This document shows positions 8,173 through 13,062 of a stretch of 13,062 bases of DNA, one piece after another. Position 1 is the first letter of the stretch; every line of letters begins with the position of its first letter. The stretch is from an uncultured archaeon. Its GTDB lineage: Archaea > Asgardarchaeota > Thorarchaeia > Thorarchaeales > CAZPUN01. The notes under the pieces were generated by a model. The model did not search any database and was not told the origin of the DNA. It saw nothing but the letters and a program-made list of their open reading frames with translations. A program made the translations under genes and the position numbers. Location: the NCBI GenBank assembly GCA_964589775.1, contig CAZPUN010000005.1, positions 1 to 13,062 on the forward strand. Direction: 5' to 3'.

Positions 8173-8261
8173 TCCTCCTAGAGTTAAACCTCCCAATGGA
8201 GCTTAACTAAAGTTAACTATAGTTTAAAACCTATAAATGTTTTGGTTTAGTGCTTTATAGG
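8173..8261 (-). promoter_or_regulatory. dfx-rbr promoter, 5' hairpin and RBS
   Basis: On the minus strand: TTTATA at 8232-8237, an imperfect inverted repeat at 8182-8208, and an AGGAGG RBS next to the dfx start. Confidence 0.45.
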
Positions 8262-8368
8262 CAAAAAATTTAAGGGTTTAATTAAAAAATACCTAAAGAA
8301 TTTAATGAAAAGAAAAATTTAGACAAGATATTCGATTTTAAAGCACATATATTTCATATAGACATTAA

Positions 8369-9403
8369 TTATGCTAAATATTGCTGATATATTATAGTAA
8401 ATTTATTGTTTTCAGCAGTTATTTTAATAGGTTCATAAAACACAATATCGGTTTCTTGCTTTGTTATTACAGGTGTATTCAAATGCTTATTGAAATATTT
8501 AGGAGTTTTGTCATTATTTTGAATGAATTCCGTATGTTTCTCTAATCTTTTTGCGATTATTTCTCTACCAAGTTTTATATCTTCAAATAGACGTTTTGGT
8601 ATATTGTCGATCAATTCTTGTTCGAGTTCTATACCTATACTGTTGCGGCCAGATATCGCTGATGCGATTGTTGTTGTTCCCGTGCCGAGAAATGGATCAA
8701 ATACTGTATCCTCGTAGATTGAGAACATTTGAATTAAACGATAGGCGATCTCAAGCGGGAACGCTGCGCTTCGATTGCGGATATGAATTTCTGGGGCTAG
8801 TTTCTGGGATGTGCCCAAAATATCAAACCATACATCTGAGAACCACAAATTACGCTCTTCCCAGAAAAATGCACTCTTTCGCCTTAAGAGCCGTTCCGAG
8901 TCTGAAAATACGCGTTTTCCGTTTTTTCTAAAGATCAATATAAATTCATGTTCGAGCGTGACGTAAGCGCTTGGTGGTAGCATTCCTGAACCCATAAATT
9001 TCGTAGGTGAATTTGTAGGCTTCCGCCAAATGATCCACGGTAGAGCCTGAAATCCAATTGACGTCATAGATTGAATTATTCGAGCATGGTTGGGGTAAAT
9101 CTGGAAGTTTCTTCCGACTTTTCTAGTTGCGTCCCCAATATTGATACAAACTATACCTCCATCTTTCATCAAATTATAGATATTATACCAAACTTTATCT
9201 AATTCCATGTGCATCAGTTCGAAAGCTTTCATTCCATTTTCTTCTATGAGTGCATTTTTGATTTCTGGATTCATGCGGTAAAATGTTTCATCCCATATGT
9301 TGATCATCGGATATGGTGGTGATGTAATAACGAGGTCTATGGATTTATTACTTTTCGATAGTTCCCGAGAATCTCCTTTTTGAATTATATGTTCGGTTAT
9401 CAT
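8369..9403 (-). CDS. Beta-class N4-cytosine/N6-adenine DNA methyltransferase (resembles the CTAG-specific M.MthZI/Zim family)
   Basis: Catalytic SPPY precedes SAM-binding DPFLGTGT. The segments SPPYPM, KFMGSGMLPP and FWEERNLWFSD recall the CTAG m4C family; specificity is an inference from memory. Confidence 0.9.
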   Translation of the reverse strand: MITEHIIQKGDSRELSKSNKSIDLVITSPPYPMINIWDETFYRMNPEIKNALIEENGMKAFELMHMELDKVWYNIYNLMKDGGIVCINIGDATRKVGRNFQIYPNHARIIQSMTSIGFQALPWIIWRKPTNSPTKFMGSGMLPPSAYVTLEHEFILIFRKNGKRVFSDSERLLRRKSAFFWEERNLWFSDVWFDILGTSQKLAPEIHIRNRSAAFPLEIAYRLIQMFSIYEDTVFDPFLGTGTTTIASAISGRNSIGIELEQELIDNIPKRLFEDIKLGREIIAKRLEKHTEFIQNNDKTPKYFNKHLNTPVITKQETDIVFYEPIKITAENNKFTIIYQQYLA

Positions 9404-9502
9404 GTATGCATGCAGACTCCACTAATTGGATAATTAATTAAATACATAAAATAAGAAATACTTAAATATATCAATGTAACTTATCAGCTCATGGGATGAA
9501 TT

Positions 9503-10324
9503 ATGTCCATAAAAAATAGGGCAATAGTTATTCAAATGAAATTTTTATATGAATTTGTAGATGGAGCAAATGATGATTTTAATCTTATTTTATCCAAATT
9601 TTTTGAACATGTTAAGAATAATTTAAGTAAGAGTATTTTACAAATTCTTAATTCTATTCCGTTACCAAATTATGCTAATCTTGAAGAATTGCATCAGTTT
9701 ATCTTAAATAAATCGCTAGAAAAACTATATAAAAATGAGAAAATAAAAGAATTTTTAAAAAACATTTCAGAGAATGATTATGATATTCTTAATATTCTAA
9801 ATGGATATAATGAATTAATTGAGGATGTAATAAAGGATGTATTTCAAGATGTAGATATTTTATTTGATATGTTCTTAAATTCTAATTTTGATTATACTGA
9901 TTTTACATCTTTAATGCAAGCTACGATTGTTATATGTGAAAAGTTAGAATTATTGAGAACAAAAATAAAACAAGCGAGTGTAAAGATAAATAAATCAATA
10001 AAAAGTAAACGACATAATAAATTTATTGTACAATTAAAACATGAAGAGGAGCAAATATTCAAGGATATTAACAAACTTGTATTGCAGTTATCAAGAATAG
10101 AACTATATATTGACCTTTTTAATTCAAATTCCTTATTTGAAGTATTGGAGAAAAAGAATTATGATAAGGAAAAACTAAACTTGCAATTCTTCAATGATCA
10201 AATTAATAAACTGAACGATTTAATCGATGAAAATTTGGTTTTGAATCAAACCATGGCATTAGAAAAACATAGTAATGATCCAACAGCCAAATTATTTTCA
10301 GATATTCTTGAACTCGTGAGATGA
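9503..10324 (+). CDS. Hypothetical alpha-helical/coiled-coil protein
   Basis: 273-aa ORF in very AT-rich DNA, rich in L/I/E/K/N. Ends 4 nt before the next ATG. No recognisable motif. Confidence 0.7.
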   Translation: MSIKNRAIVIQMKFLYEFVDGANDDFNLILSKFFEHVKNNLSKSILQILNSIPLPNYANLEELHQFILNKSLEKLYKNEKIKEFLKNISENDYDILNILNGYNELIEDVIKDVFQDVDILFDMFLNSNFDYTDFTSLMQATIVICEKLELLRTKIKQASVKINKSIKSKRHNKFIVQLKHEEEQIFKDINKLVLQLSRIELYIDLFNSNSLFEVLEKKNYDKEKLNLQFFNDQINKLNDLIDENLVLNQTMALEKHSNDPTAKLFSDILELVR

Positions 10325-10328
10325 TATA

Positions 10329-11512
10329 ATGCCTTTTGTGGATATATTTGTGGATTCAGGAATACTAATAGATCCAATAATATCTGTTGTGCATAATAAA
10401 AAAAGTAATACTATTCAGTTTGATAAATTTAAAAAGAACAGGCCATCTGGTGTTGAATTCTCAATAACAAAAAGAGTAATTCAAGAAGTAAAAAATGTAT
10501 TTTCTAAGATTAACTATACTCTCGGTAATTTCTTAAAAGAATTAAATGGATTTCTTAAAAACTACCATGATGTATCTGAAGATATCATAGAAAAGTATGA
10601 AGATTATTTAGTAAATAAAATCAATAAAAACATTTTTCAAAGCAACTTTGGACGTGATCAAAATCTATCGATTTTGAAATCTTTTACAGAATGGATAATT
10701 GATATTATGAATGTAAATAAAAACGTACAAAAAATCAATAAAGACAAACTTCTGTACGAAATGAATTCTAAAATTCAAGAATACGTAAATGAAATAAAAA
10801 ATATTTACTTTCTGAGTTAGCTAATTATAATCAAATTGATGTAAAAGATATAAGTGATTTTTTTGATCTTGTTTCTAATTTCACATCAATAAGAAATAAA
10901 AATGATATTAAACATTTATCTGATATTTTTAATTATCAATTTAAGAATAATAAATGGGTAATTTTTATTTCATTAGATTATTCAGATATTGTAAGCCCAA
11001 TTCACAGGAATGAGTTAGAACAAATAATGATCAATGTAGTAGCTCCAAGATATATTAGAAGCCGAATTAAAAAACTTGAGCAAATTGGGACTTCTCCAAT
11101 TGAATTTTTAAAAAATAGATATGAAAATATAAATAAATGCCATAATTGCATAGATCCTGAGAAATATAATGTCATAGTATATTATCCATTTCTTGTGTCA
11201 TATTTGTGTTATCTTCTAGTAAAACAAAACTTAATTAAAAATAATATAAAAAAAGGAATTATTGAATATCCTAAACAACTCTATGTATGTAACGAATTAA
11301 AAAAGAATAAAATAGTCATAGGAAGAACATTAAAAAATAATAGCTTATTTGTTAAACTTAAATTGAAAGATGGATCTCAGAAAATTTATTTTAATGATAG
11401 TAATGTAAAAGAGAATGATATTGTCATACTACGAATTCTGAAACAAAAAACTTCAAATATTGGAAATATTTATTATAGAGCGAAAATCAAAAATACAATA
11501 AATTTATCTTAA
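10329..11512 (+). pseudogene. PIN-like nuclease with a possible C-terminal TRAM/OB domain, split by a -1 frameshift (programmed shift, mutation or sequencing error)
   Basis: N-terminal IFVDSGIL and ITKRVIQEV in frame 10329-10820. The -1 frame is open from 10793 to 11512 and supplies KNDIKHL and IFISLDYSD before joining ORF 11027-11512. The fused product would be 394 aa. Confidence 0.7.
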
Positions 11513-12771
11513 TATTCCAAGTGATATCTTTTAATAAATACCTTTAATTCATCCAGTCTATTCTTGCAAAGCACATCAAGTAATGCAACTTTTTCGAGGA
11601 ATCTTATTTGTTCTGGAACGATTGCTTCAAGGCATTTTCTTGCCATATCTCCTAGTTCTCCTTTTTTCTCATAGAATTTTTTACATAAATTAAAGACCCA
11701 TATAGCACTATTATAATCTTCAAAATCATCTATTGTTAATTTTGAGCCATAATCAAATAAATCGTTTAGAAATTGCTCGATTTGAGAAGAATCTTTCCAA
11801 AGAAATGTTGGCCAGATCTTAAGTGTTCCGTCGATCGATGCACTATAGAGATTATGGTCATCAACAATTAATTTTGTTATATCCGAATCATGTGCTTGAA
11901 ACTCGAAAACTTTTGATAATGTCTTTTTATCCCACACGTATATTTGATTATTATTTCCTGTTGTATAAATATGCTCATCATCTACTGTAAGACCATTAGC
12001 GTAAGTTCCTCCAGTTTCTATGGTTGCTTGCAGCGTAAATTCATTTTTATCCCAAATTTTGACGGTTGTATCATCTGAATATGAGTATAGATATTTATCG
12101 TCGATAGCAAGAACTTCTACGTCATCCTTGTGTTCTTTCAACGTTCTTACTATTTGAAACGATTTTCTATCTAAAATAAATATATCAGAATCTGCTGCAA
12201 TGTAGATATACTTATCATCCATAATCATGTCTAATAGGAAATCAAAATCTTTGCGTATTATCCCAACTTGATCCCATTTATATTTATTCCAGACCCTAAT
12301 GGTTCCATCGTCTGAACCCGTATAAAGAAATTTTTCATCAGCAATTATAGACCTTACGGCATCTTTATGATTAGATATTGTAATAACATGTTTATGATCC
12401 TTACTCCACACCTTGACTAAATTGTCCCGAGTACCTGAATATATAAAATCTTTGTCTACAAATAATGATAGAATCAAATCATCAAAATTCTCTAAAGTGT
12501 TTTCCCTTTTTATTGTGTGTTTATTCCAAATTTGAATGGAATTTGTAAGTCCTAAATATATGTGTATTTCATCAATATAAAGAGAATAAATTGAACCAAT
12601 AGGAATCTTATTTATTAATTCAGGCATAGGTAAAATTCTTACAATATCAAAAATTAGTCCCTTTGCATCAATTTCTCTTTTCAAATTGTATCCCTCGCAA
12701 ACTTCTTGATTTTTTATAATCGCTTTTAATCTTATTAATTTGTGTTTATTAAGTTTAAAAATATGATTCAT
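11509..12771 (-). CDS. WD40-repeat beta-propeller protein with a C-terminal helical tail
   Basis: Seven roughly 40-aa units ending IQIWNK, VKVWSK, IRVWNK, IFILDR, VKIWDK, IYVWDK and LKIWP, with H...GSDD motifs. The real start may be ATG 12627 (MPELINK). Confidence 0.9.
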   Translation of the reverse strand: MNHIFKLNKHKLIRLKAIIKNQEVCEGYNLKREIDAKGLIFDIVRILPMPELINKIPIGSIYSLYIDEIHIYLGLTNSIQIWNKHTIKRENTLENFDDLILSLFVDKDFIYSGTRDNLVKVWSKDHKHVITISNHKDAVRSIIADEKFLYTGSDDGTIRVWNKYKWDQVGIIRKDFDFLLDMIMDDKYIYIAADSDIFILDRKSFQIVRTLKEHKDDVEVLAIDDKYLYSYSDDTTVKIWDKNEFTLQATIETGGTYANGLTVDDEHIYTTGNNNQIYVWDKKTLSKVFEFQAHDSDITKLIVDDHNLYSASIDGTLKIWPTFLWKDSSQIEQFLNDLFDYGSKLTIDDFEDYNSAIWVFNLCKKFYEKKGELGDMARKCLEAIVPEQIRFLEKVALLDVLCKNRLDELKVFIKRYHLEY

Positions 12772-12864
12772 GAATTCGCTTATTCAATCCTTTGTAAATA
12801 AAAACGAATTTAAAATTCTTAATGAACGTTTAAAAATATGATTCATGAATTCGCTTATTCAATC
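12753..12864. repeat. Exact 37-bp direct repeat pair with a 38-nt spacer
   Basis: GTTTAAAAATATGATTCATGAATTCGCTTATTCAATC at 12753-12789 and 12828-12864, with the internal palindrome ATTCATGAAT. Confidence 0.9.
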
Positions 12865-12936
12865 TACTATTAATTTTTTAAATACAAAAAGATGAGTTTA
12901 TATAATTTTAAATTTTAATATAAATAGGTGAATTCT

Positions 12937-13062
12937 TTGAACATATCGCCCGAGCTTTATGACTTCATCAAGAAAATCGTAGATGACAGAGTACGTGAAA
13001 TAAAGGTCCATCGCGAAGACTTCGATAAACTTTGCGCTAAAGTAGACCGCTTGAGCGATACT
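12937..13062 (+). CDS. 5' part of a probable coiled-coil protein (paREP/DUF3782-like N-terminus), truncated by the window
   Basis: AGGTG RBS at 12926-12930 and TTG at 12937, open to the window end: MNISPELYDFIKKIVDDRVREIKVHREDFDKLCAKVDRLSDT. The family guess is weak. Confidence 0.6.
   Translation, partial: MNISPELYDFIKKIVDDRVREIKVHREDFDKLCAKVDRLSDT

Noticed and set aside
7382-10074. ORFs 7382-7735, 8523-8717, 8551-8931 and 9892-10074
   Set aside because: Opposite-strand shadows of better-supported genes.
11027-11512. Independent 161-aa gene
   Set aside because: The frame is open back to 10793 and carries PIN motifs, so it is the 3' part of the frameshifted gene.

Overview
This is an archaeal-looking window: most + strand genes have GGTG-type ribosome-binding sites. 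It opens with a short CRISPR-like array (two identical 31-bp repeats plus a degenerate third copy at the left edge), followed by an AT-rich leader/promoter. Next is a type I-A interference operon: csa5-cas7(csa2)-cas5a-cas8a-cas3'-cas3''-csa3. No cas6, cas1, cas2 or cas4 is present in the window. After that come an oxidative-stress pair (desulfoferrodoxin, rubrerythrin), a beta-class N4/N6 DNA methyltransferase, and a very AT-rich two-gene cassette (a helical protein and a PIN-like nuclease split by a -1 frameshift at A-AAA-AAT). The window ends with a 7-bladed WD40 protein, a second unrelated 37-bp repeat pair with a 38-nt spacer, and the start of a coiled-coil protein. Most notable: (1) the atypical repeat, with a constant CCGAAAC motif inside both spacers; (2) a possible seed-only self-match in the cas operon next to a CCN PAM; (3) a perfect palindromic operator upstream of the cas genes; (4) an apparent non-canonical ATC start for csa3; (5) the frameshifted PIN-TRAM-like gene. 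All family calls come from motif recognition by eye, not from database searches.
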